From Candidatus Rokuibacteriota bacterium (lineage in GTDB: Bacteria; Methylomirabilota; Methylomirabilia; Rokubacteriales; CSP1-6), in the NCBI GenBank assembly GCA_003220335.1, contig QHSB01000085.1, forward strand, positions 1 to 54,803: a stretch of 54,803 nt of DNA. The letters are read 5' to 3'. Position 1 is the stretch's first letter, and the number at the start of each line of letters is the position of its first letter. Positions 8,879 to 20,236 of the stretch are shown one piece after another. The notes under the pieces are model-generated. The model was not told the DNA's origin and searched no databases. It saw only the letters and a list, made by a program, of their open reading frames with translations. Position numbers and translations under genes: made by a program.

Positions 8879-11808
8879 GCGAAGACCTCGGTGTAGGCGG
8901 CCCGCACGGCGTCGGTCGCCTCACGGTAGGCGGCGAGGAGCGCGTCGCGCGAGGACAAGCCGAGCGCGGCCGCGACGCGGGCGGGCATCGGCCCCGCCAG
9001 CTCGAGGGTGTCGGTCGGGCGCGCGCCCAGCAGGCGCAGTGCCGTCGACACGCGACGCAGGAAGCGATAGCGCGCCGCCAGCGCGTCGGCGGCCGGCAGC
9101 GCTCGGATGCGGCCGAGCGCGGCCAGGGCCGCCGTCGTCGACGCCGTGCGCACCTCGGGATGCGTGGCGCCGTGGACGAGCTGCAGGGCCTGGGCGAGGA
9201 ACTCGACGTCCACGAGCCCGCCACGCCCGAGCTTCACGTGCCACCGCCCCCGCGTCTCCTTGCCCAGCTCGACCTCCATGCGCCGGCGGACGTCGCGGAT
9301 CTCCTTGAGCGCCCCCGCCGGCAGCGGCGCACGATAGACGAGTCGACGGAGCGTGGCGCGCACCCGCCGCGCCAGGGCCCGATCGCCCAGGAGCAGCCGG
9401 GCCCGGGTCAGGCTCTGCCGCTCCCAGAGATCCCCGTGCTCCTCATAGTACCGTTCGAGCGCGTCGGCGCCCGCCGCGAAGCCGCTGCCCTTGCTGCCGG
9501 GACGCAGGCGCAGGTCGACGGCGAAGGCGAGGCCGAACGTCACGAAGAGGTCGAGGTCGGAGCCGGTCGTCAGCTCGCGGCCGCCGAGCTTGCCGAGGCC
9601 GACGATGACGGCGGGCACGAAGCGGCCGCGGGCGTCGCGCGGCACGCCGTGGCGCTCGACCTGCGCGCCGAGCGCCATGAGCCAGCCGGCGGCCAGCGTG
9701 GCCTCGGCCAGCGCGGTCATCTCGCGCGAGTAGCGATCGACGTCGGTCACGCCGAGCAGATACCGCCAGACCACGGTCAATTCCTGCGCCTGCTTGATCC
9801 GCCGCAGGCGGTCGCGCTGCTCCGCCGCGCCGAGCCCGGCCGCGAAGACCGGCGCCAGCGCCGCGCGAAAGTCGGCGCGCGTGCGCCGGCCCTCGAGCAC
9901 GGCGGGGTCGGCAAGCGAGACCAGCAGCTCGGGCTGCGCGACCAGCAGCTGCGCCAGGAGGTCGCCGCCGGCACAGACCCGCACGAGGCCGCCGAGCAGC
10001 TCGGGCCGTGCCGCGAGCAGCTCGACGTAGCCGGCGCGCGGCCCGGCCGCGGCCAGAAACCGCTCGAACTGGTTGAGGGCCTCGTCCGGATCGGCGCTCT
10101 TCCAGCACGCGTCCAGCAGCACCGGCTGAAGGCGCGCGAGCGCCGTCCGCAGGGCGCCGGGGTACGGCACCAGCGGCCGGCCCTCGACGATCATCCGGAG
10201 ATTCTGCAGGGCGCGCTCGGGATCGGCGAAGCCGGTGGCGGCGAGCGCCATGCGGCTCGGCAGCCGGGGTCGCGCGGGCGTCGCCGCCGGGCGCTCGCCG
10301 AAGAACTCCCGGAACGCGCGGTGCACGTCGCGCGTGACGGCGCGGTGCTCGGCCGTGAAGCGGCGCGCGGCGACGCGCGGCGGGGCGTCGATGGCGAGGC
10401 GACGCGCGAGACGGCCGAGCTCGATCGGATCGTCGGGCAGCGTGTGGGTCTGGAACTCGTGCAGGATCTGCAGCCGGTGCTCGACCGTCCTCAGATGGAC
10501 GAGCGCGTGCGACAGGCGGCGGCCCAGATCGGGCGCGAGGTACCCGCGCTCGGTCAGGCGGAAGAGCGCCTTCAGCGAGTTGCGCTCGCGCAGCCAGGGA
10601 TCGTCGCCGCCATAGAGGAGCTGCAGCGCCTGCACGAGGAACTCGACCTCGCGGATCCCCCCGCGGCCGAGCTTGACGTTGCGCGCCGAGGCCTCCGCGT
10701 GGCGGCCGCGCAGCGCGCGGTCGATCTCGCGCTTCATCCCGTGGATCGCGGGCAGCACGCGCTCGTCGATACCAGCGCGGTAGACCGTCCGGCCCGCCCA
10801 GTCCATGAACCGCGCACCGACGTCCTGATCGCCCGCCACGGCGCGCGCCTTGAGCAGTGCCTGCCGCTCCCACAGCTCGGCGCGGTCCCGGTGATAGGCG
10901 CCGTAGGCGTCGAGCGACATCGCCACCGGGCCCATGCGTCCCTCGGGCCGCAGCCGCAGATCCACGCGGAAGGCGTAGCCTTCCTCGGTGACCTCCTCGA
11001 TCATGGCCACGACGTCGCGGCACGCGCGCGCGAAGTACTCGCCGTTCTCGAGCCGGCCCTCCGGCCCGCCCGCCGTCTCGCCCTCGGCGCCGTAGACGAA
11101 CATGAGATCGACGTCCGACGAGTAGTTCAGCTCCTCCCCCCCGAGCTTGCCCATGCCGACGACGGCGAGCCCGGTCTCGCGGCCGGCGGCGTCGAGCGGC
11201 GCGCCGAACCGCGCGCGGGCGGCGTCCAGCGCGTCGGCCGTCGCCTGCGCCAGGCAGGCGTCGGCCAGCCGCGAGAGCTCCTCCGTGGTCACGGCCAGGT
11301 CGGCGTCGCCCAGCAGGTCGCGCGCGCCGATGCGCAAGATCTGGCGGTACTTGAAGCGGCGCAGCGCGTTCATACGCGCCTCGCGCGTCGTGAACGGCCG
11401 CACCGCCTGCGCGGCGTCGGCCGCGAATTCCTCGGCGAGCCACGCCCGCATGGCGCGCGGCTCGAGCAGCCAGGCGAGCGTGTTGGGTCGGCGGCGCAGG
11501 ACGTCGGCGAGGAACTGGCTGGCACCGCCCACCCGCGCCAGCAGCGCGGCGGCGCCGGGATGCTCGGCGAGGGTGCCGAAGAGGACGGCGCGGTCGACCA
11601 CGGCGGCGTAGCGCTCGAGGTTGTTGAGCGCCATGTCCGGATCGGGCGCCGCCGCCAGCTCGGCGAGGAGCCGCGGGAACGCCGGTGCGAGCAGCTCGGC
11701 GTCGCGCGGCGTCGGCGTCAGCGCTTCGAGGTTGGCGACGGCGGCCGCCGGGTCGGCGAAGCCGGCCTGGCGCAGCGTCCGCGCGAGGTCGCCGGCGCCG
11801 CCGAGCAC
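8875..11808 (-). CDS. glnE: Bifunctional glutamine synthetase adenylyltransferase/adenylyl-removing enzyme
   Basis: 977 aa with two nucleotidyltransferase modules: GMGKLGGEELNYSSDVDLMFVY...FRVDLRLRPEG and GLGKLGGRELTTGSDLDLFVTF..AVDLRLRPGS. The second module is abnormally short (see findings). Confidence 0.9.
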   Translation of the reverse strand: MLGGAGDLARTLRQAGFADPAAAVANLEALTPTPRDAELLAPAFPRLLAELAAAPDPDMALNNLERYAAVVDRAVLFGTLAEHPGAAALLARVGGASQFLADVLRRRPNTLAWLLEPRAMRAWLAEEFAADAAQAVRPFTTREARMNALRRFKYRQILRIGARDLLGDADLAVTTEELSRLADACLAQATADALDAARARFGAPLDAAGRETGLAVVGMGKLGGEELNYSSDVDLMFVYGAEGETAGGPEGRLENGEYFARACRDVVAMIEEVTEEGYAFRVDLRLRPEGRMGPVAMSLDAYGAYHRDRAELWERQALLKARAVAGDQDVGARFMDWAGRTVYRAGIDERVLPAIHGMKREIDRALRGRHAEASARNVKLGRGGIREVEFLVQALQLLYGGDDPWLRERNSLKALFRLTERGYLAPDLGRRLSHALVHLRTVEHRLQILHEFQTHTLPDDPIELGRLARRLAIDAPPRVAARRFTAEHRAVTRDVHRAFREFFGERPAATPARPRLPSRMALAATGFADPERALQNLRMIVEGRPLVPYPGALRTALARLQPVLLDACWKSADPDEALNQFERFLAAAGPRAGYVELLAARPELLGGLVRVCAGGDLLAQLLVAQPELLVSLADPAVLEGRRTRADFRAALAPVFAAGLGAAEQRDRLRRIKQAQELTVVWRYLLGVTDVDRYSREMTALAEATLAAGWLMALGAQVERHGVPRDARGRFVPAVIVGLGKLGGRELTTGSDLDLFVTFGLAFAVDLRLRPGSKGSGFAAGADALERYYEEHGDLWERQSLTRARLLLGDRALARRVRATLRRLVYRAPLPAGALKEIRDVRRRMEVELGKETRGRWHVKLGRGGLVDVEFLAQALQLVHGATHPEVRTASTTAALAALGRIRALPAADALAARYRFLRRVSTALRLLGARPTDTLELAGPMPARVAAALGLSSRDALLAAYREATDAVRAAYTEVFA

Positions 11809-11822
11809 ACCGTGCGCGATGA

Positions 11823-13772
<1,950 letters not shown>

Positions 13773-13776
<4 letters not shown>

Positions 13777-14426
13777 GGCGCGGGCTCGCCGGCGGCGAGA
13801 GAGGCGCGCGCGTGGGTGGCGGTGGCGAGCGCGCCCGGCAGGTGCGCGGTGTCGTTGAGCGACACGAGGCGCGGCGGCCGCACGACGGTCAGCGAGGCGT
13901 TGTCGACGCGTAACCGCCACAGCGAATTGAACGAGCAGCCGAGCAGCGCGCACGCATACACGCTGATCACGCCGCCGTGCGCCACCACCAGCACGTCCTC
14001 GCCGTTCGGGTGCAATGCGCTGATGTGATCCATGGCCGCGCGGACGCGCGAGCTCACCACGTCGAGCGGCTCGCCGCCGGGCGGCGGACAGTCTTGCGGC
14101 GCGAGGAGCCAGGCGCGATACGGATCGCCCTCGCGGCCGCGAACCTCGTCCACGGTGCAGCCCTCCCATTCGCCCAGCGACAGCTCGCGCAGCTCGTCGA
14201 GCGCGACGAGCGGCATGCCGGTGCCGGCGAGCGCCACCTCCGCCGTCTCCCGCGCGCGGCGGAACGGGCTCACGTAGACACGCGCGACGTTGAAGCGACG
14301 CAGCGCGACCCCCAGAGCCTCGGCCTGCGCGCGTCCGCGCGCGGAGAGCGCGATATCGGCGCGCCCCTGGAAGCGGCGCTCCGCGTTCCACACCGATTCG
14401 CCGTGACGCGCCAGGAGGAGTCTCAC
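13773..14426 (-). CDS. Histidine phosphatase family protein (phosphoglycerate mutase / CobC-like)
   Basis: 217 aa. LLLARHGESVWN (RHG motif) and VVAHGGVI (second catalytic His). GTG start overlaps the gltX stop (GTGA). Confidence 0.75.
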
Positions 14427-15838
14427 CCGGCCGTCTTCGCCGCCGCCGCGCGCGCCGCCCGCAGCCGCGCCAGCGTCTCCTCGCGCCCCAGGAGCGCGAG
14501 CACGTCGAACAACGGCGGCGAGGCCGTGCCCCCGGTCACCGCCAGTCGCGTGAGCTGCGCGAGATCGACGAGCTTGAGCCCCAGCGCCTCGGCCATCTCG
14601 CGGTAGAGCGCTTCGAGCGCGGCCGACGCGAACGGCGTGACCGCGCCCAGCCGCTCGATCAGCGCGCCGAGCCGCTCGACGCCGGCCGGCGTGAAGAGCT
14701 TGGCCGCGGCCTTGGGGTCATACTCGCGCGGCCGCTCGAAGTAGAAGCGCCCGACCTCGACGAGCTCGCGCAGGGTCTTGCCGCGCTCGCGCAGCGTGTC
14801 GAGCATGCCGACGAAGCGCGCGGCGTCGGCCGGCGGCGTCAGCCCGGCCTCGGCCAGGAACGGGCTGACCAGCGCCGCCAGCCGTCCCCCGTCGATCGTC
14901 TTGATGTACGCGTGGTTCAGCCACTCGAGCTTGGTCTGGTCGAAGATCGCGCCCGACGACGACACGTCCTTGATGTCGAAGCGCTCGACGAGCTCCGCGC
15001 GCGAGAAGATCTCCTGATCGCCGCTCGACCAGCCGAGCCGCGCCAGATAGTTCACCATCGCCTCGGGCAGGATCCCCTGCTCGCGGTACGCCTGCACCGA
15101 CGTCGCGCCGTGGCGCTTGGACAGCCGCGTGCGGTCGGGACCGAGGATCATCGAGACGTGCGCCATGGCGGGGACCGGATACTCGAGCGCCTCGTAGCAG
15201 AGGACCTGCTTGGGCGTGTTCGACAGGTGGTCGTTGCCGCGGATGACGTGACTGATGCGCATGGTCGCGTCGTCCACCACGACGCAGAAGTTGTAGGTCG
15301 GCGTGCCGTCGCTGCGCACGAGGATCCAGTCGTCGAGCTGGCGGTGGTCGAACGTCACCGGGCCATGGATGAGGTCGTCCACGACCGTGGTGCCCTCCTC
15401 GGGGATACGCAGCCGCAGCGCGCCCGACGTGAGCCCGAGGTTGCGGCAGCGGCCGGAGTACCGGAACGTCTCGTTCCTCGCCTGCGCCTCCGCGCGCTCG
15501 GCCTCGAGCTGCTCGCGCGAGCACGCGCAGTAATAGGCGCGCCCGGCGGCCACGAGGCGCTGCGCGTGCTCCCGATAGAGGTCGAAGCGCTCCCGCTGCC
15601 GGTAGCCCGGCGTCGGCGGCCCCTCGTCCCAGTCCAGCTCCAGCCAGCGCAGGGCGTCGAGGATCGCGTCGAGGTTGTCGTCGGTGGAGCGCGCCTGGTC
15701 CGTATCCTCGATGCGGAGGATGAACCTCCCACCGTGGTGGCGCGCGTAGAGCCAGTTGAAGAGCGCGGTGCGCGCGCCGCCGACGTGGAGGTGACCGGTC
15801 GGGCTGGGCGCGAAGCGCACGCGAACCGCTTGGCTCAT
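14423..15838 (-). CDS. gltX: Glutamate--tRNA ligase
   Basis: HIGH motif PSPTGHLHVGG and KMSKS-like LSKRHG. The track start is 15847 (MAPMSQ...). I prefer ATG 15838 (MSQAVRVRFAPSPTG) because 15840-15859 is a copy of the intergenic repeat core. Either start is possible. Confidence 0.9.
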   Translation of the reverse strand: MSQAVRVRFAPSPTGHLHVGGARTALFNWLYARHHGGRFILRIEDTDQARSTDDNLDAILDALRWLELDWDEGPPTPGYRQRERFDLYREHAQRLVAAGRAYYCACSREQLEAERAEAQARNETFRYSGRCRNLGLTSGALRLRIPEEGTTVVDDLIHGPVTFDHRQLDDWILVRSDGTPTYNFCVVVDDATMRISHVIRGNDHLSNTPKQVLCYEALEYPVPAMAHVSMILGPDRTRLSKRHGATSVQAYREQGILPEAMVNYLARLGWSSGDQEIFSRAELVERFDIKDVSSSGAIFDQTKLEWLNHAYIKTIDGGRLAALVSPFLAEAGLTPPADAARFVGMLDTLRERGKTLRELVEVGRFYFERPREYDPKAAAKLFTPAGVERLGALIERLGAVTPFASAALEALYREMAEALGLKLVDLAQLTRLAVTGGTASPPLFDVLALLGREETLARLRAARAAAAKTAG

Positions 15839-15839
15839 T

Positions 15840-15859
15840 GGGGCCATGTCGGGGCCCCC
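15840..15859 (-). repeat. Core-only copy (B) of the GC-palindromic element
   Basis: ggggccatgtcggggccccc is the exact reverse complement of the core gggggccccgacatggcccc seen at 45922 and 53296. It lies between the DUF362 stop (15864) and the gltX start. Confidence 0.6.
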
Positions 15860-15863
15860 ATGT

Positions 15864-16940
15864 TCAATACGCCTCGAAGAGCCGGCCCCATCCCGTACCC
15901 GCGAACGCGCGGATGCGCGCGCGGCCGACGGTCGGGTACCAGAGCAGGTCGTGGTAGACGTTCGACGCGAACGGCGCCCACACCATCAGCGGCGAGTGCA
16001 GGAGCAGGCGCTTGAGCGGCCGGAGCGGGCCACGCCGGATGAGCTGGTCGCCCCAGATCACCAGGCTGCGCGACGTCTTGAACCCCATGGTGGTGGCGGC
16101 GGCGGCGACGTCGCCGACGATCTCGATGTCGCGCGGATCGGCCACGCCGAGGCCGCGCTCGTGGCACATGGCGAGATAGCGGATGGCGAGCGGGTCGAAC
16201 CCCATGATGCGCGCCGCCGTCGCGTCGATGGCCACCTGGTCGGACGAGGCCAGGATGAGATTGCCCTCGCGCGGGATCATCGTGCGCGGCCCGGCGCCGT
16301 CGCCCATGACGGTGCCGTCCATCACCGCCAACACTCCGGGGTGCAATTCGCGCTGCATGTACATCAGGTCGACGAGGACTTCGTGCATGTACTCATGCGC
16401 GTAGTGACGAACTTCCTTCAGGAGGCCACCAAAACTATTCTTGATGGCGCCGGTGGTCTGGGAATGGCCGTGCGTCTTGATGGTTGGAAGCTGGCAGATG
16501 TTCTTGCCGACGTACATCTTCGGGATCTCGATGCCCTCGGGAAAGATGTCGTTCAGCTTGAGGAGCGGACTCTTGAACCGATGGACGGTCCACTCCACGT
16601 CGGGCAGCGGGATGAACGGCAGGCCGTGGCGCTGGAGCACGGGAGACCACTTGTTGTTCCGGCAGCCCTCCACGGGGTTCGTGACCACCGTCTTGTTCTC
16701 GACGGGGAAGATCCGGCGGCGCTCGTAGCCGTCCTCGAGCAGCGTCGTCAGCACGCCGTCCACCTGCCACGGCTGGCTGGAGCACGCCGGGAAGTACTTC
16801 GTCCACGAGAGGTTGAGCTTGACGATCAGGTCCTGCTCGCGGGGCAGCACCTGGTCGTACTTCACCAGGCGCATCAGGCGGCCGTAGTCGGCGACGACGG
16901 TCTCGGGACGGGTGCGGAGAACGGCCACCTGACTCTTCAC
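15864..16940 (-). CDS. DUF362 domain-containing protein (function unknown)
   Basis: 358 aa. LIVKLNLSW..., QLPTIKTHGHSQTTGAIKNSFGGL and AVMDGTVMGDGAGP resemble the DUF362 family. GTG start. Visibly lower GC than its neighbours. Confidence 0.7.
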   Translation of the reverse strand: MKSQVAVLRTRPETVVADYGRLMRLVKYDQVLPREQDLIVKLNLSWTKYFPACSSQPWQVDGVLTTLLEDGYERRRIFPVENKTVVTNPVEGCRNNKWSPVLQRHGLPFIPLPDVEWTVHRFKSPLLKLNDIFPEGIEIPKMYVGKNICQLPTIKTHGHSQTTGAIKNSFGGLLKEVRHYAHEYMHEVLVDLMYMQRELHPGVLAVMDGTVMGDGAGPRTMIPREGNLILASSDQVAIDATAARIMGFDPLAIRYLAMCHERGLGVADPRDIEIVGDVAAAATTMGFKTSRSLVIWGDQLIRRGPLRPLKRLLLHSPLMVWAPFASNVYHDLLWYPTVGRARIRAFAGTGWGRLFEAY

Positions 16941-16952
16941 GACCGAATCATT

Positions 16953-17831
16953 CTACTCCACGCGCGTGCCGTAGATGATCAGCAGGACGGCGGCGATCCA
17001 GCACGCGGTGTTGATCAGCAGCGCGCGGTCGTTGAGGAAGAGCTCCGACGGGTTGCCGCCGAGCTGGCGGCGGTACAGCAGATAGAGGTAGCGGAAGATC
17101 CCGTACAGGACGAACGGCAGCGTGGCCGGCAGGAGCTGCGTGTGGAACTTGGCCACCGTCTCCGGCGACATCGTGTAGAGCGCGTAGGCGGTCACCGTCG
17201 ACGCGGTGACCACCGCGATCATCTGGTCGAGCAGTCCCGCGCTGTACTCGGCGAGGATCGGCCGGTGCCGCGCGGCGTCGGCCTCCAGCGTCAGATACTC
17301 GTTGCGCCGCTTGCCCAGGGCCAGGAACAGCGCGCTGAGAATCGTGCAGATGAGCAGCCAGCCGGAGACGGCCACGTCGATGGCGAGCGTCCCCCCGAGC
17401 GCGCGCAGCACGAAGCCGAGGGCCACCGTGAGCACGTCGACGATGACCACGTGCTTGAGCCACGCGGAGTACGCGGTGAGCAGCACCACGTAGGCCACGG
17501 CCACCAGCAGGAAGCCCGCGGAGATGCGGGCGGCCGCCAGCAGTCCGACGGCGACGAGAACGGCGGCGACGCCGAGGGCCACGCGGACGGGCAGGCGGCC
17601 GGCGGCGATCGGGCGCCCGCGCTTCTTGGGGTGCAGGCGGTCCTTCTCGCGGTCGGCGACGTCGTTGACGAGGTAGATCGCGCCCGAGAGCCCGCAGAAG
17701 ATCGCAAAGGCGCCGAGGGCGGGCCAGACGGCGGGCGTGAACAGGCGCTGGCCGAACACGAGGCCGGCGAAGACGAAGAGGTTCTTCACCCACTGCCGCG
17801 GCCGCAGCGAGACGAGGACGGCGCGCAGCAT
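16953..17831 (-). CDS. UbiA-superfamily polyprenyl(decaprenyl)-phosphate phosphoribosyltransferase (Rv3806c-like)
   Basis: 292 aa, multi-TM. N-terminal RPRQWVKNLFVFAG and YLVNDVADREKDRLHPKKRGRPIAAGRL match the DPPR-synthase branch signature (NDxxDxxxD followed by HPxKRxRPIAxG). Confidence 0.75.
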   Translation of the reverse strand: MLRAVLVSLRPRQWVKNLFVFAGLVFGQRLFTPAVWPALGAFAIFCGLSGAIYLVNDVADREKDRLHPKKRGRPIAAGRLPVRVALGVAAVLVAVGLLAAARISAGFLLVAVAYVVLLTAYSAWLKHVVIVDVLTVALGFVLRALGGTLAIDVAVSGWLLICTILSALFLALGKRRNEYLTLEADAARHRPILAEYSAGLLDQMIAVVTASTVTAYALYTMSPETVAKFHTQLLPATLPFVLYGIFRYLYLLYRRQLGGNPSELFLNDRALLINTACWIAAVLLIIYGTRVE

Positions 17832-17837
17832 CGGCGC

Positions 17838-19139
17838 CTACAGGCGGATCACGCGGCCCGCGTCGGGTACGCCCGCGGTGGCGTTGCGCGTGTCGATGAT
17901 CACCGGCGCCGCGCTCACGATGGCGCCCCAGTCGTAGCCCGCGTGCGCCGTCAGCACGAGGACGAGATCGTATTCCCCCGCGCGCACGTCGGGGCGCGAC
18001 TCGAAGGTCACGCCGTTCACGCTGATGGCCGGCACATGAGGGTCGTGGTAGGCCACCCGCGCGCCCTTGACGAGCAGCGTGCCGATGATCTCCAGCGCCG
18101 GCGAGTCGCGCGTGTCGGACACGTTGGGCTTGTAGGCGACGCCCAGGACCAGCACGTGTGCTCCCCGCACGGCGCGGGCGCGGTCGTTGAGCGCGTCGGT
18201 CACCATCTGCACGACGTAGCCGGGCATGTGACGGTTGATCTCGTCGGCGAACGTGATGAAGCGCGGCTCGTACCCCTCGAGCCGCACCTTCCACGAGAGG
18301 TAATAGGGATCGGACGGCAAACAATGACCACCCAGGCCCGGGCCCGGCCAGAAGGGCATGAAGCCGAACGGCTTGGTGGCCGCGGCCGCCACCACCTCCC
18401 ACACGGAGATCCCGAGCTTCCTGCACATGATTGCGAACTCGTTGACGAGCGCGATGTTCACCGAGCGGAACGTGTTCTCGAACAGCTTGACCATCTCCGC
18501 CGTCTCGGGGCCCGACACCGGGACGACGCGCGGCGTGATCCGCGCGTAGAGCGCGGTGACGAGCTCGCGGCAGGCCGGCGTGAGGCCGCCCACCACCTTC
18601 GGAATGTCGCGCAGCGTCCACTGCCGGTTGCCGGGATCGATCCGCTCCGGCGAGAACGCCAGGAAGAAGTCCCGGCCGGCGGTCAGCCCGCGCGCCGCGA
18701 AGCGCGGCAGCAAGATCTCCTGCGTGGTGCCGGGATAGGTCGTCGACTCCAGCACGACGAGCTGGCCGGCGCGGATGATCGTGGCCACCGCGTCGGCGGC
18801 GGCCACGATGAACGAGATGTCCGGCTCCTTCGACTTGCCGAGCGGCGTCGGCACGCAGATGACGATGGCGTCGGCCTCCTTGAGCCCGCCCACCTCCCCC
18901 GTCGCCGCCAGCCGGCCCGCTCTCACCAGGGCCTGCAGGGCGGCCCCGGGGACGTCCTCGATGAAGGACGCGCCCGCGTTGACCCCGGCCACGCGGCGCG
19001 CGTCGGCGTCCACGCCGATGACCGTCGCGCCCGACTCGGCGAAGGCCACGGCCAGCGGCAGGCCGACGTAGCCGAGGCCGATGACCCCGACGGTCGGCTG
19101 TCCGGCCAGCCGCTCGCGCAGTCGCGCCGCCGCCGTCAT
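17838..19139 (-). CDS. Nucleotide-sugar dehydrogenase (UDP-GlcNAc/UDP-ManNAc 6-dehydrogenase family)
   Basis: Track ORF trimmed to ATG 19139 (ATGA overlap). Rossmann motif VGVIGLGYVGLPLA and catalytic-Cys motif GGHCLPSDPYYL. Confidence 0.85.
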   Translation of the reverse strand: MTAAARLRERLAGQPTVGVIGLGYVGLPLAVAFAESGATVIGVDADARRVAGVNAGASFIEDVPGAALQALVRAGRLAATGEVGGLKEADAIVICVPTPLGKSKEPDISFIVAAADAVATIIRAGQLVVLESTTYPGTTQEILLPRFAARGLTAGRDFFLAFSPERIDPGNRQWTLRDIPKVVGGLTPACRELVTALYARITPRVVPVSGPETAEMVKLFENTFRSVNIALVNEFAIMCRKLGISVWEVVAAAATKPFGFMPFWPGPGLGGHCLPSDPYYLSWKVRLEGYEPRFITFADEINRHMPGYVVQMVTDALNDRARAVRGAHVLVLGVAYKPNVSDTRDSPALEIIGTLLVKGARVAYHDPHVPAISVNGVTFESRPDVRAGEYDLVLVLTAHAGYDWGAIVSAAPVIIDTRNATAGVPDAGRVIRL

Positions 19140-20236
19140 CCGAGGTCCTCGCAGGCGCGGCGTACGGCGTCGATCACGCCGTCCACCTCCGCGTCGGTCA
19201 TCTCCGGAAAGCACGGCAGCGAGAGCACCTCGCGCGCCGCGCGATACGCCTCGGGCCAGCGCCGCTCGCCGTCGGCGGCGAACAGCGGCTGGTCCGGCAC
19301 CGCCCGCGGGTAGTGCACGGCGGTGCCGACGCCGGCGTCGGCCAGACGCTTGGCGAGCGCGTCGCGCTGGGGATGACGCACCGTGAACAGGTGGTAGACG
19401 TGACGCGCGCCGGGGCGTTCGACGGGCAGGCGCAGGGGCAGGCCGGCGAGCCCGGCGAGATAGCGCGCGGCGATGTGTCGCCGCCGCTCCGTCCACTCGC
19501 CGAGCCGTCGCAGCTTCACGCGCAGCCACGCGGCCTGCACCTCGTCGAGGCGGCTGCAGTAGCCGAGCTCCACGTGCTGGTAGCGCCCCGTGTCGCCGTG
19601 ATGGCGCAGGCGCCGCACGCGCTCGGCGACGTCGTCACGCGTGGTCACGACCATGCCCCCGTCGCCGCAGGCGCCCAGGTTCTTCGTCGGGTAGAACGAC
19701 AGGCAGGCCGCGTCGCCCCAGCCGCCGACGACCCGGTCGCCCCACGTCGCGCCCAACGCCTGCGCGTTGTCCTCGAGCACGGCGAGGCCCCGCGCCTGCG
19801 CGAAGGCCGCGATGCGGTCGACGGCCGCGGGATGGCCGTAGAGGTGCACGGGCATCACGACCTTCGTACGCGGCGTGAGCGCGCGCGCCATCGCCTCCGG
19901 GTCGATCGTGAGCGTGTCGGGCTGCACGTCCACGAAGACGGGCGTGGCGCCGGCCATCAGAATCGTGGTGGCCGAGGCGACGAAGGAGAACGCCGGCGTG
20001 AGGACCTCGTCGCCACGGCCGACGCCGAGCCCGGTGAGCGCCAGCCGCAACGCGTCGGTGCCCGAGCCGACGCCGACGGCGTGCCGCGCGCCGCACAGCT
20101 GGGCCAGCTCCGCCTCCAGCGCCCGGCCCTCGCCGCCGAGCACGAACTGGCTGGCATCGAGCACGCGCTCGGCGGCGGCCATCAGCTCGCCCTTGAGCGC
20201 GGCGTGCTGCCGGGTGAGGTCGAGGAACGGGATCAT
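19136..20236 (-). CDS. DegT/DnrJ/EryC1/StrS-family sugar aminotransferase
   Basis: Trimmed to ATG 20236 (MIPFLDLTRQH..., ATGA overlap with the lptD stop). PLP-lysine region SFYPTKNLGACGDGG. Confidence 0.85.
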   Translation of the reverse strand: MIPFLDLTRQHAALKGELMAAAERVLDASQFVLGGEGRALEAELAQLCGARHAVGVGSGTDALRLALTGLGVGRGDEVLTPAFSFVASATTILMAGATPVFVDVQPDTLTIDPEAMARALTPRTKVVMPVHLYGHPAAVDRIAAFAQARGLAVLEDNAQALGATWGDRVVGGWGDAACLSFYPTKNLGACGDGGMVVTTRDDVAERVRRLRHHGDTGRYQHVELGYCSRLDEVQAAWLRVKLRRLGEWTERRRHIAARYLAGLAGLPLRLPVERPGARHVYHLFTVRHPQRDALAKRLADAGVGTAVHYPRAVPDQPLFAADGERRWPEAYRAAREVLSLPCFPEMTDAEVDGVIDAVRRACEDLG

